Assembly: GCF_009914755.1 (NCBI RefSeq)
Contig: NC_060932.1
Reading direction: 5' to 3' (one strand)
Length of the DNA stretch: 64,000 nt
Source of the DNA: the human T2T-CHM13v2.0 reference genome, Homo sapiens
Shown: piece after piece, positions 1-13,781 of the stretch
Layout: the number at the start of each line of letters is the position of its first letter
Position numbering within the stretch: the stretch's first letter is position 1
Made by a program: the position numbers and the translations under genes
Notes under the pieces: model-generated
Databases searched by the model: none
Told to the model about the DNA's origin: nothing
What the model saw: the letters and a program-made list of their open reading frames with translations, nothing else

Positions 1-907
1 TTTGTGATAGTAGTACATAAATCTAAACTGTGATAAAATTGCATAGAACAAACACACACACAAACACACAGACACACAAATGAGTGTAAATATACTAGAG
101 AAATCTGATTAAGGTCTCTGTATTTTACCAATGTCCATTTCCCAGTTTTGACGTTGTAGGACAGATTTGCAACATTTTAACATTGGTGAAGGATGAGTGT
201 AGGTTGATTTATTCTTCTTTTAATTTACTTATGTATATATTTATTTCAACTACTTTTTTCATCCTAAATTAACTGAAACTACTTTCTTCAGTATCATCTA
301 CTAATAAAGTACCCCAAATTCTAAGTTGTGGGAAGAAGGAAACTCATTCTAACAACCTCTTGGCATATATTTTTTCTTGATCTTCAGTGTCTTTAACTCC
401 TTTGCTCTAAGTTGCCATATTAAGATATTCATACATCTAGTTATATGCCACTTCAGCATATTTGACATATGAATCCATTCCTCAAGCATTTATTCAGGTA
501 TACAATTCTAATAGTAAAATAAAGGTTTAGTAAAAACAAATATATTTATTCAGGACTTTTCATCAAATCAATTTAAAAATGTTCAGTGCCACAGACTACT
601 CATATGCTGTAGGCATGAAAAATTTAATGATTTTTCTCTTTCAATATTACAGTTACCTTTAAAGATTGAATTTGATTGTGAATTGGGATATCACAATAGG
701 TGACATCCTTGGAATTCACAGACTATATAATAAAACTGCAACGTTTTCTATAATTTAAGTATACTTACATAGAAAACTCTGCTGTATAAATAGAAATATT
801 CTGGGAACCCTGCTTAAAGTGAAGGGGAGGCCTTTTAAAATGTTTTCTAGGTGAGAACTAAAACTATACAGAAAATTTTGGTTGGCAGAAAGATTCAGAG
901 CTGTCTG

Positions 908-1092
908 GCTCTAGATCCAATTTAGTAGCCACTAGTCACAGTAGTCATTTAAATTTAAATTAAATAAGGTAAAATACAGTTGAAATTTCAGTTCCTTAGT
1001 TTCACTATCCACATGTTGGGTGTTTGATAGTTATACAGGATGGCAAAGATGTAGACCATTTCTATGAGAACAGAAAGCTGCATTGAAACACA
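908..1092 (-). mobile_element. MER3-like hAT-Charlie DNA transposon remnant
   Basis: gtagccactag...tttaaatttaaattaa...ttcagttcct resembles the MER3 consensus as recalled. Confidence 0.6.
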
Positions 1093-1107
1093 GATCTAGA
1101 GACTAAC

Positions 1108-1222
1108 CTACTGTAAGCCAAAATCCATCATTGATACTTCCTCCTGGTGATGACATTGCTGGCTCACAATCTGGAGGAGCATAACCAGGATCACATTGAC
1201 AATGGAAATGTTCATTGCAAAT
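1108..1222 (-). pseudogene. ADAM3A: Exon 18 (115 nt), EGF-like ICNEHFHCQCDPGYAPPDCEPAMSSPGGSINDGFWLTV
   Basis: CN-x3-HC-x-C-x-x-G-x-APPDC...GGSI-x-DG motif; acceptor gttttag, donor GTTAGT. Confidence 0.92.
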
Positions 1223-2885
1223 CTAAAACCAAAACAAACAAAAAAAGCATTTATGTACAACCAAAAATTCACTGCCTTATATGTGATTGTTAGTCAATGT
1301 AAATTTTAAAAATATTACCATTTAATATAAATTTTAAATTTAATATGAAAAATAATTTTAAAAATAAAAGGCAGTATAATAAATGTCCATGCAATATATT
1401 TTCAAACATCATAGAGGTATCTTCTTGTTTGTCTCTTACATTTCTAAATAAAGTGAATACCATTCTTGATACAATTTAAATGCTTTTTATTAGAAGGGCG
1501 TACAGATTATGATGCTAGAAACTATAGAATGGTGGGAGTAAAAATTTATTATAAATTGTGTTGGATTTAAAAAAATAGTTGTGATGAGGGCCAAATTTTA
1601 TTTAAAAAAATAGGGGGGGAAAGCCAAAATTTTAAGATGCTTGCTCAATCAGATACAGACACAAAAAATTTATATAGAAAGCTAGAAAAAATGTATAAAT
1701 GTGATCTGGCAGACGAATGGAAAAAGGGCCAGTAGAGAATTCAGAAATAAATGCATACAAAATTGATTACGAAAGTAAATTAAAATTAAGAAAGAAAAGA
1801 AACTGTAAATAATAGATGTGTAAGTAATTTTGAGGAAAAATTGATGTAAGCCACACAGGCAGGCCACTTTTTCCTGAATTACTATAAAAAATATGAATCA
1901 TCAATATGGCAGAAGACACTGACCACAAAGAGACAAATGCATGCTTAGAATGACTTATAAAGTTTACAACATTTCTATAAGCCAGTAGATAAGTTTACAA
2001 TAGATGAGCAAACAGAAATGCAAGTGGCAGATATGACCATATATACTTAGGAACTGTATTATTAATTAGCAAATAAATGCAAATTAATAATGGACTTAGC
2101 ATGTTAAAAGAGACTAAAAAGATTAATACAACTAATCTGGCCAGAATATGAGGAAATGCACATTTTCACACATGATAGGTGGGAGAAAAAACTGGTATAA
2201 TGTTTCTTGACGACAGCATAATACTTAGGAAAATTCAAATTGTGCATATATTCAGCCCAAATTTTATTTGCTAATAATTTAAGGAAGCATATCAATGTGC
2301 AAAGGTAAATTTACAATCATATCTGTTGTACCACTATTTGTAATAAGCTAAAATTTAACATTAATTGAAAGGCCATCAGTGAATGGCATTTTGAATATAG
2401 TATGGATGATCCATATAGTGAAATAAGTTGAAGCTGTTGAGGAATGAAACAGATCTTAATGGATTGAAAACTCTGATCTCATAAATCAATGTACATAACA
2501 GTGTGTGAATGTTCATATTGTATAAGTACACATACGCTCAATTATAAACAATATGTATGTATATGCATAAAAGCATAAGTAGAGTCCTTAATAAATCCAT
2601 TTCTAAAATTTAATAATCTTAATCTAATATCATAATAATGGATTCTGTTTCATGGTGCATTTTTTACAAAGTGTAAAACTTATTTGCTCATGAAGCCCAT
2701 AACAATCTGATTATATGCATAAATAATATGTATGTATAAATAGTGGATCTACTTTCCTTATTTAATGACAATTTTCAAAAAGAAATTTTCACATCTACTA
2801 CTTGTGAACTTTATTATTATCATAGAACATGTTATTGACATAGATTAAAATAATTATACTGAGAAAAATAGTAACTGTTACATAC

Positions 2886-2963
2886 CCCATTCTGTCCACA
2901 ATTTGTAGTATATTTTGTTATATTTAGTTCACTAAAATTTCTGCATTCTCGGGAGTGACATAC
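2886..2963 (-). pseudogene. ADAM3A: Exon 17 (78 nt) VCHSRECRNFSELNITKYTTNCGQNG
   Basis: Acceptor cattttag, donor GTATGT; phase 0/0. Confidence 0.87.
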
Positions 2964-3339
2964 CTAAAATGTTATGAAGCAAACAGCAACAAAAATACTA
3001 AATGTAAAGTCAAGAGATAAGGAATCATATTCATACAAATATTATATGCACAGGAGATATACAGAACAGATGAATCTGAATTTCATAGCATTTTAATAAA
3101 AACCCATAGGAACAATTCTAAATGGTATGTTATTAATAAGAAATATTACAAATGAGATATTTTCAGAAAGCAGAAATATACATTTTTATTACACACTGGT
3201 ACAAGAAAAAAGTAGCCAGCTTGTACTAGCAATTTTTAATTTATAGGACCTCTTTTAACACTTTTTATGCACCTTTCTTTTATTTACTCATATAGACCCT
3301 TAGAAGGAGATATTTTTGGGCTCATTTTGTATTTGAGTA

Positions 3340-6300
3340 GTAGGGTGGCTGTGTCAAATGGTGGGTAGTACTTTGAGAAATCTCCATACTGTTTCTCAAA
3401 GAGGTTGTACTAATTTACATTCCCAACATCAGTGTATAAACTTTCCTTTTTCTCCACATTCTTGACATCTATTGTTTTTTGACTTTTTAATAATAGACAT
3501 TCTGACTTGTGTAAGACGGTATCTCGTTAAGGTTTTACTCTGATAGTTGGTGATGTTGGGCATTTTTCCTATGTTTTTTGGCCGCTTGTATGTCTTATTT
3601 TGAGAAGTGTCTGTTCATGTCCTTTGCTCACTTGTTAGTGGGGTTACTTGGTTATTTTTGTCGCTGTTGTGTTGTTTGAGTTCCTTGCAGATTCGGATAT
3701 TAGTCCTTTGTTGGATTTATAATTTGCAAATATTTTTCCCATTCTGTAGATTATCTGTTTACTCTGTTGTTTCCTTTGCTGTGCAGAAGCTTTTTAGTTT
3801 AATTAAGTCCCATTTATCTACTTTTGTTTTCATAGTGTTTGCTTTTGAGGACTTGGTCACGTATTCTTTGCCTGGGCCAATGTCCAAAAGAGTTTTTTGT
3901 AGGTTTTCTTCTAGGGTTATAGTTTCATATCTTATATTTAGGTCTTTAATCCACCTTGAGTTAGTTTTTGTATATACTGAGAGGTATGGGTCCAGTGTCA
4001 TTCTTCTGCATATGCTACCCAGTTTTCCCAGCACCTTTTCGAAGATGGTCCTTTCTCCAATGTATGTTCTTGCTGGCTTTATTGAAGATCAGTTTGATGT
4101 AAATATGTGGATTTCTGGGATCTCTTTTCTGTTCCATTGATCTATGTGTCTATTTTTATAATTATATCTTGCTGTTTTGGTTACCATTGGATTGTAGTGT
4201 AACTTAAAGCTAAGTAATGTGATGCTTCCAGCATTGTTCTTTTTGGTTAGGATTACTTTGACTAATCAAGCTGTTTTCGTGTCATATAAATTTCACATTT
4301 TCTTATTTCTGTGAAAAATGACATTGGTATTTTGATAAGGATTGCATTGAATCTGTAGATTGTTTTGAGAAGTATGGTCATTTTGATGATATTGATTCTC
4401 CCAATCCATGAGCACAGGATGTTTTCCCATTTGTTTGCATCATCTATAATTTATTTTATTTATTTAATTCAGTGTTTTGTAGTTCTTGTAGAGATCCTTC
4501 TCCTCCTTGGTTAAATATATTCCTAGCTATTTAATTTTATTTTTTGGTAGCTATTGTAAATGAGACTGTCTTCTTGATTTTGTCCTTGGCTAGATCATTA
4601 TTGGTATATAGAAACACTACTAGTATCTGTCTATTAATTTTGTATCATGAAACTTTATTAAACTTATTTATCAAATCTAAGAGTTTTTTTGGTGGAGTCA
4701 TTAGGGTTTTCTAGACAAAAACTCAATCATCAGGAATAATTTGACTTCCTCTTTTCCAGTCTGGATGACTTTATTATTTTCTCTTGCCTTATTGTTATGG
4801 TGAGGACTTCCAGTACTATGCTAAGTAAGAGTGGTAAAAGTGGGCATCCTTGCCTTGCTTTAGTTCTTACAGGAAATGCTTTCAATTTTTCCTTGTTAAG
4901 TATAATGTTGGCTGTATGTTGGCTGTATGGTTGTTGTAGATTGCCTTTATGATGTTGAAGAATGTTCCTTGTATGCTGAGTTTATTGCGAATTTTTATCC
5001 GAAGAGATGCTGAAATTTATCCAATGATTTCTCTGCATCAGTTGAGATTATCATATGGTTTTTATCTTTCATTCTGTTGATGTGATGGATCAAATTTTTG
5101 ATTTGCATGTGTTGAACCATCTTTGGATCCCTGGGATGAATCCCACATAATCACGATGTATTATGTTTTTGATGTGCTGTTGGATTTGATTTGCTAGGAT
5201 TTTCTTGAGGACTTTTGCGTCTGTGTCTTCCAGAGATATTGGTCTTTACTTTTTTTTATGCCGTTGTTTGGCTTTGGTATCAGATGATACTCGCCTTGTA
5301 GAATGAGTTAGAGAGAATTTCCTCCTCCTTGATTTTTAACAATTGTTTCAAAAAGATTGGTATTATTCTAATTATTAGTTATTCTATTTATTAGTTAGTC
5401 TAATTATTAGTTATTCTATTCCGGAGGTAGAATTGGGCAGTGAATCCACATGGTCCTAGCCTTTTTTGTTGTTGTTGGGATAATTTTTACTACTGATTCA
5501 ATCTCACTAGTCATTATTGGTCTCCTTGGGAGTTGTATTTCTTCCTGGTTCAATCTTGGTAGGTTTTATGTTTTCAGGAATTTATCTATTTCCTCTAGGT
5601 TTTCTAGCTTGTGAGCATAAAGTTGTTCATAATAGTCTCTAATAATCTTTTGTATTTCTGTGGTGAGTTATAATGCCTGCTTTTTTATTTCTCATTTTGT
5701 TTGTTTAGATCTTCTATCTTTTCTTCTTGTTTAGTCTAGCTGGTAGTGATAGTGACAGGGGCCAGAGAAATCCTAGGCAGAAGAGGGTGGGTCCCTGGCA
5801 AAGCCCCACCATCAAGCCGAAAAGCCTGAGACCGCAGCCCAAAGTGAGAACTCATAACCCTGTTTTCCCGCTCGAATGCTGCCTTTCCCTAAACATCCAT
5901 GGCCCACCCCACCCCCTCAACCTTTGCCTATGAAGACCCCCAGACTCAGCCGGCAGAGAGGAGAAGCAGCTGGATACTGGGGACTACAGCCGGACATTGG
6001 AGAGAAGTGGCTTGACTTCAGAGGGACAGCTTGACAGTGTAACTTGGAGGAGAGTCCAGCTGGAGATGGCCGGACTTGAGGGGAAGATTATCTGCTCGTC
6101 CCCTTTCCAGCTCCCCTTTCCACTGAGAGCCACTTTCCCTGGCAATAAAATCTCTCGCATTTACCATCCTTCAATTCGTTTGAGCGACCTCATTCTTTTC
6201 TGGATGCCAGACAAGAGCTCAGGAGCCACGAGTGTGGATACAAAAGGCTGCCACACTGGCCCTTTGCCCTCGCTGGCAGAGGACAGCTGCGGGCCCACTG

Positions 6301-6785
6301 AGCTGTTAACACTTAAGCCATCTGCAGACTGCAGAGCTAAAAGAGCACTGAAACATGTCCTCTGGAGCTTCAGGGGTCGCAGGCACCCCCCTTAGATGCT
6401 GCTGTGGGGCCCGCAGGGAGTTTGTTTCTGCCAGCACCCAAAAGCACTTGCTCCGGCTCCTTTACCCGCTCACCTGCACGCTCCCTCCTGCGAGGGGTGG
6501 AATGCAGCAGGTCCCAGCGAGTGAAGCTCACTCCTGCCAGCACCGCAGTGGCTGGCTGGTTTCTGTGCTCGTATACTCCAGTTCCCGCCCCGTTTGCTCC
6601 TGTGCTCCCTCCCGCGAGGAGTTGAGCGCAACAAGCTAAGTAAACAGGGCATCCCTGTCGTGAGTCCAACGAAAGAGTTGGGGAAATACCGTGGTTCAGT
6701 AGTGTATCAATTTTATCTTTTTGAGGAACAAACCTTTTGTCCTGTTGATCCATTGGGTTTGTTTTGTTTGTTTAATCTCTGTTTA
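3340..6785 (-). mobile_element. L1 ORF2 fragment (old primate L1), interrupted by a solo LTR
   Basis: ORF 3759..4034 ([36 protein letters not shown]) is L1 ORF2; L1 sequence resumes after 6702. Confidence 0.9.
5747..6698 (+). mobile_element. Solo ERV1 LTR (LTR1D/LTR1-family-like), 952 bp
   Basis: TG...CA ends, 4-bp TSD GTAG (5743-5746 and 6699-6702), AATAAA near 6144, GC-rich. Confidence 0.85.
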
Positions 6786-6789
6786 GTAA

Positions 6790-7098
6790 TGACGGACCTC
6801 TCTTCTCACTCTGTTAGTTCTCATGAGAGCTGGTTTTTTTGTTTGTTTGTTTTTTTCAAGGAGTCTAGAACTTTCCTCCTCTGTCTCTTGCTTCTTCTCT
6901 CACCGTGTGATCTCTGCACATACCAGTTCCTCTTCTCTTTCCACCAAGAGGAAGCAGCGTGAAGCCCTCACCAGAAGCAGATCCTGGCACTATGCTTCTT
7001 GTTCAGTCTGCAGAACTGTGAGCCAAATAAACCTATTTCCTTTATAAGTCACCTAGCGTTAGTATTCCTTCATAGCAACACAACAACTGACTAAGACA
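6790..7098 (+). mobile_element. MaLR LTR fragment (MST-type)
   Basis: Ends ...cagaactgtgagccaaataaacct...actaagaca, typical of an MST 3' end. Confidence 0.75.
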
Positions 7099-7099
7099 C

Positions 7100-7750
7100 A
7101 TTAAATCTCACAAGCTAAGGGGCTTCGTCCCTCAAGACTGGCCCCATATCAGGTGCAAGTATCAGGTAAACCATACTTCTGACAGACCAGATATAAATTA
7201 GGGGTTCTCATGACACCCTCCACAGGGTAACAATGTTAGAATGGCTCACAGAACTCAGGAAAATACTTTACTTGTATTTAATGGTTTGTTACATAAGATA
7301 CAACTCAAGAACAGCTACATGGATGATACATTTATGGCAAGGTATTGGAGGAGAGGAGAAGAATTTCCATGCTTTCTCCAGCTGCACCACCCTCCCAGCA
7401 AATTGATATGTTTATTAACCCAGAAGATCATTGAATCTCTTTGTTTGAGGGTTTTAATAGAGATCAATTTCCAGCCCTGCCTCTCTTCTTCCAAAAGTCC
7501 AGTGAGTCAGGCTGAAAGTTCCAACCCTCTAATCACTTGGTCATCCTGATAACCAGCCCTGTTATAAGGCCAGCAAGGGGTCCCACCCTAAATCGCCTGA
7601 TGGAAATAAGCACAATTTCAGGTGTGACTGAAAGGTGTTTATTCATTCTCAAGAACAAAAAACACTCCCATCACTTAGGAAATTCCAAGGGTTTTATTAG
7701 AAGCTGTGTGCCAAGAATCAGAGGCAGAGACCAAATATGTTCTGTGTTAT
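7100..7750 (-). mobile_element. MER21/MER77-like LTR fragment
   Basis: tagaatggctcacagaactcaggaaa and gaaattccaagggtttt motifs as recalled for MER21. Confidence 0.6.
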
Positions 7751-8744
7751 GCTATATATATTATATATATAAAAAAGATAAAATTAGTATATCTTTTATA
7801 TATAAAAGATAAAATTAGTTAATATATTTAAGTATTTATACTTCTGTATTTATAGTAAATATTTTTTCAGTTTGTTTTAAATGGTCTTTGGAGGAATGAC
7901 GTATTACTTTACAATATAGTCAGCATCAGTATGTTCCTTTGATTAATTCATTACTTTTATGTGTGAATATCTTTTCCCATTCTGAGATAAGTATACTTTT
8001 CACTTAAATTTATCTTTTTATTTTAAAAATATATTTCTATATGTAAATTATTTTTATAAAAATGTGTGGTAATTGTATACTTTTTAATTAGTCAACTTAT
8101 TTTTCAGTGTTACTAGTTTGAAAAGCCTTTATTAGGTATCTCAAAATTCTTAAGAAAGATAAAAATTAAAAAAACTTAAACACTATGTTTTATTGTCATG
8201 TTTTATGTGAAGGCCACATTTTAGACAAAATATGCTTATGGAAGAAGTAGTAGGAGAGCAGGTTAATGAGAAAATAATTGCTTTACTTCAATTGTAACCA
8301 AAATAATTTTTTGTCAATCACTACAAGACTAAATATTTGTCTTTTTTGGGTTTTGTTTTCTTTAAAGTTCTTGTTATTCAGGTTGTTCTGACATTTTTTT
8401 TTTGCATCATTTTATTCTTTTTTGTTCTTGGTTTACACAAATCATCACAGATCAGATCCTGGCCTAACAGGGAGTCTTAGATTCTCAAGCAAGACGAAAC
8501 AAGTTTAAATATCAGTAGTAAAAGTTTAATAAAAATAACAGATAGTAAAACAAGAATTTCTTTAACCAGCCGAAATTCTGATCAGTGTATCTTAAGATCA
8601 TGATATTGTAACCAAAATTTGTAGCATTCATTATAAATGAAAATTTAATCATCCTCTCAATCTCTCTCTCTCTCTCTGATACACACACTTCAGACACTCA
8701 CAGACAAATCCACCATATATCGTATCAATAAAAATTTTATTTAC

Positions 8745-8925
8745 CTTGTGTTGGCCACATGCAGTTATATCTTCTGTATAGGTCTCCGATTGTTTTGAAC
8801 CATTTCTTGCATGTGCGGACAAACATACGTGACCTCTAAGGTAAGTATATTGTATGTCTAAGTCTGTCATTGGTACTAGTTCTGAATGTATCCAGTGACA
8901 AACAATCTTTCCACAAAGGATATCA
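8745..8925 (-). pseudogene. ADAM3A: Exon 16 (181 nt) DILCGKIVCHW...TACGQHK
   Basis: D-x-LCGK-x-x-C motif; acceptor gttgctag, donor GTAAAT. Confidence 0.92.
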
Positions 8926-9195
8926 CTAGCAACATAAGACAGAAAAAAGTTACCCATTTGTCACTTAGGTACACAATTAGGTTAATAACAATTCAAAAGT
9001 GAGGATAATTCAAAATATTACTCAGATCATAACAGCAAAGCTTTTCACAGCACACAATGCCATATTAAATGCAACAAATAAGTCTATCTGTATATACTAG
9101 ATACTGTCTCTCATTTATTTCAAGTCACTCTTTGCAGTACATACACAAAACACAACGCACGCACTTGGAAGATGTATACTTTTCTAAATACGTAC

Positions 9196-9283
9196 AAAAA
9201 ATCACAACGGGAACCACAGTTTCCAAATTTGTCATTTTGAAAATTCACTTCTTCTGTACACAGAAGATTAGCAGACTTAGCAA
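9196..9283 (-). pseudogene. ADAM3A: Exon 15 (88 nt) AKSANLLCTEEVNFQNDKFGNCGSRCDF
   Basis: Cys-rich motif C-x3-VN...D-x-FGNCG; acceptor gttttcag, donor GTACGT; phases fit both neighbours. Confidence 0.9.
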
Positions 9284-9772
9284 CTGAAAACATAAGAAGT
9301 CATAGTTACTTATATTAAAATATTAAATGGTAAAAGTGTGGTAAGTCAATAGAAAGATATCTAGACAACAACAAGGCCCAGTCAGTGTAATCTGCTATAA
9401 ATTTTTGATGTCATCTACTGGCTTTACAAGGAGAAGCACTTACTGAAAACTACACACATGAGAAGAGAAAAATTCATGTTATAGTGTAGAAATAATTAAG
9501 AAATCAGTCACCTGCTCTCTTATCTACTATTCTAATAGTCTACTCCCTTTGCAACAACCACCTTAAGTTGGACTAATGTCCTACTGTTGCATCCTGTAGT
9601 TATTAGGTCTATTATAACTCTTGACATCATTCAAAGTTGCTTTGATTTGCAATTTTATTTCTAAATTTGAATGTAAAACAACACTTTCAGGGATGGCTCT
9701 TGGGTGGGTTACTGACTTTAGAATAGCTACAGTTTAAATATAAACCTCAAAAAAAAAAGGTAAAACAATTAC

Positions 9773-9968
9773 ATTTTCCAAATAACTGTGAACACTGTCT
9801 ATCCCTTTCTCTGCATACTCCTTTAAAGCAATAGCTAGTCTTATTACTGCAGTATTCTAAATCAGCAGCTTTCACATCAGGTACACAAAACTCAGATGTT
9901 CCATTGCAATATTCTGGAAAATCACACATATCTACACTTTTTCTGCAGACATGGCCTCTTTCGTGGAT
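9773..9968 (-). pseudogene. ADAM3A: Exon 14 (196 nt), disintegrin loop CRKSVDMCDFPEYCNG and start of Cys-rich domain
   Basis: Within ORF 9747..9995; acceptor ctctcacag, donor GTAATT. Confidence 0.93.
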
Positions 9969-10304
9969 CTGTGAGAGAAAGAAAAAAAAATACATTTATT
10001 TTTCAGGCTCAATCCAGTTTGCCTCCATTACCAAGAATTGAAATGGACTAAATCAAACAAGGAGCTCCAATGGCCTATCTATACTGCATATTGAGAATGC
10101 TTGTTTGAGAATTGTCAGCTTAAAAGCAAGGATATCCAAGAGATGCATAGAATAAAAATCCTGTTTGAAACAAACACTCACTAGAGCATGAAGCCAGACC
10201 TATCTTCAATTTTAACCTAAGTTTGTGTTTATTTTTCTTCGCTTGGACATTCTTCATCCAGTTACAACTGATCAATACATAATCAGTATTAATGTTTTTA
10301 TTTA

Positions 10305-10663
<359 letters not shown>

Positions 10664-10685
10664 AGAAATAGGTAATAAAACTTAC

Positions 10686-10784
10686 CGTACAAGTTTTATT
10701 GTTACAGCATGATCCAGTGCCACATTCTGCAGATCTAACTAGAGTACAATCTGCAGGATTACAGCATTTTTTATGAGTGCATGC
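10686..10784 (-). pseudogene. ADAM3A: Exon 13 (99 nt) ACTHKKCCNPADCTLVRSAECGTGSCCNNKTCT
   Basis: Disintegrin cysteine pattern; acceptor gcttttag, donor GTAAGT. Confidence 0.92.
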
Positions 10785-11186
10785 CTAAAAGCAAATACAT
10801 TAGATTTAAATGTTTTACATCAGATTTTAGTCAAATAAATAGTTTTATTTATTTTCGAAATAAAGTATCTCTCCAACTTGATTCTAATCACACCATGACT
10901 TTTGGATTCTGTATTTTTACACCACTTCATTTAAACTTAATGTACTTTCCCTATAAGAAAAAAAAAGATGACAATGAAAATATTCACAATTTCATTCTAA
11001 AGAAATTGATCTATTAAAAATTTAGTGCAATTTTTTAAAAAAATTATTTTTGTTTATAAAAACATGCATGCAAGTTTTTATATTTTTTTACTTACTATAC
11101 CATAAGTACTTTTCCATATCATCAAGTCCTCTCAAGGGGAGTGGCTGGAAGAGTTTGGAGGAGCAAGATAGAAAAAGCCTACATTT

Positions 11187-11485
11187 GGCCAGGTGCAGTG
11201 GCTCACCTGTGATCCCAGCGCTTTGAGAAGCAAAGGTGGGCAGATTGCTTAAGCTCAGGAGTTTGAAACCAGCCTGGGCAATGTGGCGAGACCCTTTCTA
11301 TACCCAAAATACCAAAAATTAGCCGAGCATGGTGGTGTGTGCCTTTGGTTCCAGCTATTTGGGAGGCTGAGGTGGGAGGATCGCTTGAGTCAGTCGGGGT
11401 GGAGGTTGCAATGAACTGAGATCAGGCTGCTACACTCCAGCTTGGGTGACAGAGCAAGACTGTATATCAATAAATAAATATGAAT
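11187..11485 (+). mobile_element. AluJ-like
   Basis: Diverged dimeric Alu with J-type gagcccagg/ctgggcaa positions and a degenerate TSD. Confidence 0.9.
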
Positions 11486-11977
11486 AAAAAGCACAGATTC
11501 TTGTTAGGGATTAAAAGACAAGAAGATGAGGGAAAGTTTTAAACTTCTTAGAGATTAGATAAATGCTCATGACCAGAATGTTGATAGAAATATAGATAGC
11601 AAAGGTCATTCTCATGAGGTTAAGATGAAACTGAGGAATAAGGTTTTAGAAGCAAGGGCCATCCTTGCTATAAACTGGCCAAGAACTTGGCTGAACTGTG
11701 ACCATGCCTGAGGGGTTTGTGGAAGGCCAAACTTAAGAATGATGAACTAGGATATCTGGCAGAAGAAATTTTACATAGCAAAGTTCTCAGAATGTTGTGT
11801 GGTTGCTTCTAATTTCTTATTGTAAACTGCTAGAGAAAAGAGGAATAGAGCAGAACAACTTGAAAAACTCATAGTTTGCAATATAGTAAGGAAGGAAAGC
11901 GCATTCACAGGAGAGAAAACCAAGGATGTAGCACAGGGACACCTTTGCTTAAGAGATTAACAAAGATAGAAGAAAGC

Positions 11978-12386
11978 GGATATGGTCAGGATCGGTGTTC
12001 CTGCCCAATTCTCCCTACAATGTCAATTGTAATCCCCAATGTTGGAGGTGGGGTCTAGTGGGAGGTGGCTGAATCATAGGGGTAGCTTCTCATGGTTTAA
12101 CACCATCCCACTGTGGAGCTGTTCTCATGATAAAGTTCTCACAAGATTTGGTTGTTTAAAAGTGTGTATCACCTCTTCCTTCTCTCTCATCCTCCTGCTC
12201 TGGCCATGTGAAATACGCCTACTTCCCCTTCACCTTCTGACATGATTGTAAGTTTCCTGAGGCCTCCCCCAGCCATGCTTCTTGTAGAGCCAGCAGAACA
12301 ATAAACCAATTAAACCTTTTTTCTTTTTTTATAAGTTACCCAGTACCAAGTATTTCTTTATAGCATTGAGAGAATGGACTAATACA
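11978..12386 (+). mobile_element. MSTA-like solo LTR
   Basis: gatatggt...ggactaataca; 5-bp TSD AAAGC (11973-11977 and 12387-12391). Confidence 0.88.
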
Positions 12387-13151
12387 AAAGCCAAGTGCTA
12401 TTCCTCAAGCAATGAAAGAAAGGCCCCAAAGGCATTTCAGATACCTTCGAGGCCCAGACGCCTAGGAGGGCTGAATGGCTTCAGAGGACAAGCCCAGGGC
12501 ACTCTCCATGAGCTCACTGACCAATTCCACCTCAGGATGCTGCTCCTGGCCCTGCTGCACAATGCCCTGCAGCTACCACGGCCTCAGCTGCAACGGCCAT
12601 AGGTACAGCTTCTATCGCAGCTCCAGATGGTACAAGTCATTAACCTTGGTGGAATCCACATGGTGCTAATTTTGCAGGCTTGCAGAAAGTAAGAACTGTG
12701 GAAGCATGGCAGCTCCCACTCAGATTTCAAAGGATGTCCTTGAAAGCCTGGAGGCCTGTCAGAGACTTGTTGCAAGGGCAAAGCCACCACAGAGTCCCCC
12801 CAGAGCAGTGCCTAGTGGAACTGTGAGAGTGGAACTATCACAGAGACCCCAGAACTATACAGCAGCCAGCATGCAATGCCAGCCTGGTGGTGTTGGGTTG
12901 ATTGAGCCCAGCCAAACCATAGGGATGGGGTGACCCAATGCCCTGGAGCCCACTGTACCTGTTTATAGAAGATGCAGGACATGTCATCAAAGGAAATTAT
13001 TCAGGAGTCTGAATGTCCATCATTGGCTCTCTTGGGTTTCAGACTTGCTTGAGGCCTGTTACCCATTTCTTCTTGTCTATTTCTCCTTTTCAAAATGGGG
13101 TTGTGTATGCTGTGCTTTTAAGTAAATAACTTGTGTTGATTTTACAGGTTC

Positions 13152-13781
13152 TTAAAGTATCCCCTAACAGACATATTGGCAGTCTTCCCCAAGGGACTCC
13201 TTGTGGCTAAAATGAGACACACCAGAAACCAGAATATCATGGCTAGCAAAATGAAGGGGTAGTCATGTATTCTGGTATAATTAATTCTATGCCAGCTGAT
13301 AACCCTCTCCCGCACCTTGTGGTCCTGCCACAACTCCAACTGGACAGAAAACTGGTCTTATAAACATTCTTTATTGATAAACACTCAGGAACTTCAAGCC
13401 AGTTTCAGGCAACTTATAGAGACTGCGCACAAACTGTCTTTGTGCCCTACGGTCCCTTTTTGACATAAAGAGCCAAATTCCACCTCATTTTAGTGATAAT
13501 TAAAAGTGAAGTGAATGTAGAACATATGTTACATGAATGTTTACTCACTGTACACACGCCTGACTGCCCTCATGAATATTCATAGATTTCTCCCAGTCTT
13601 GCTCAGTATGTGTGTAAAGTTGACTCTGAAAGACATATATACCACCTCCCTCTTCCTTTCTGCAGAGAATGAACTTTTGGCTTTCACTGGAAGCTATGTT
13701 CCCCAATCTACAGATTGCTTCCGCCTCTGAAAATGTCTTTTCCTTTTCTTCCTTCATGGATATCAAAGTCTTTTGTTAACA
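13152..13781 (+). mobile_element. 5' LTR (MER39-like)
   Basis: Shares gtggctaaaatgaga, aactccaactggacaga, caagccagttt, gccaaattc and gtcttttgtt with the 3' LTR. Confidence 0.85.

Larger units (their letters stand above)
11120..13151 (+). mobile_element. MaLR (MST/THE1-type) internal sequence, host of later insertions
   Basis: gaccagaatgttgatagaaatat, ggatatctggcagaagaaattt and ttgattttacagg motifs; a short continuation (atagatgagactt) follows 23145. Confidence 0.75.

Noticed and set aside
5727-6962. Cluster of overlapping ORFs on both strands
   Set aside because: They fall almost wholly in a GC-rich solo LTR, where stops are rare; no recognisable domains.
8512-8697. Hydrophobic minus-strand ORF (…WLKKFLFYYLLFLLNFYY) as the ADAM transmembrane exon
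   Set aside because: It lies before the EGF exons in transcript order, has no convincing splice sites, and T-rich intron sequence gives such residues by chance.
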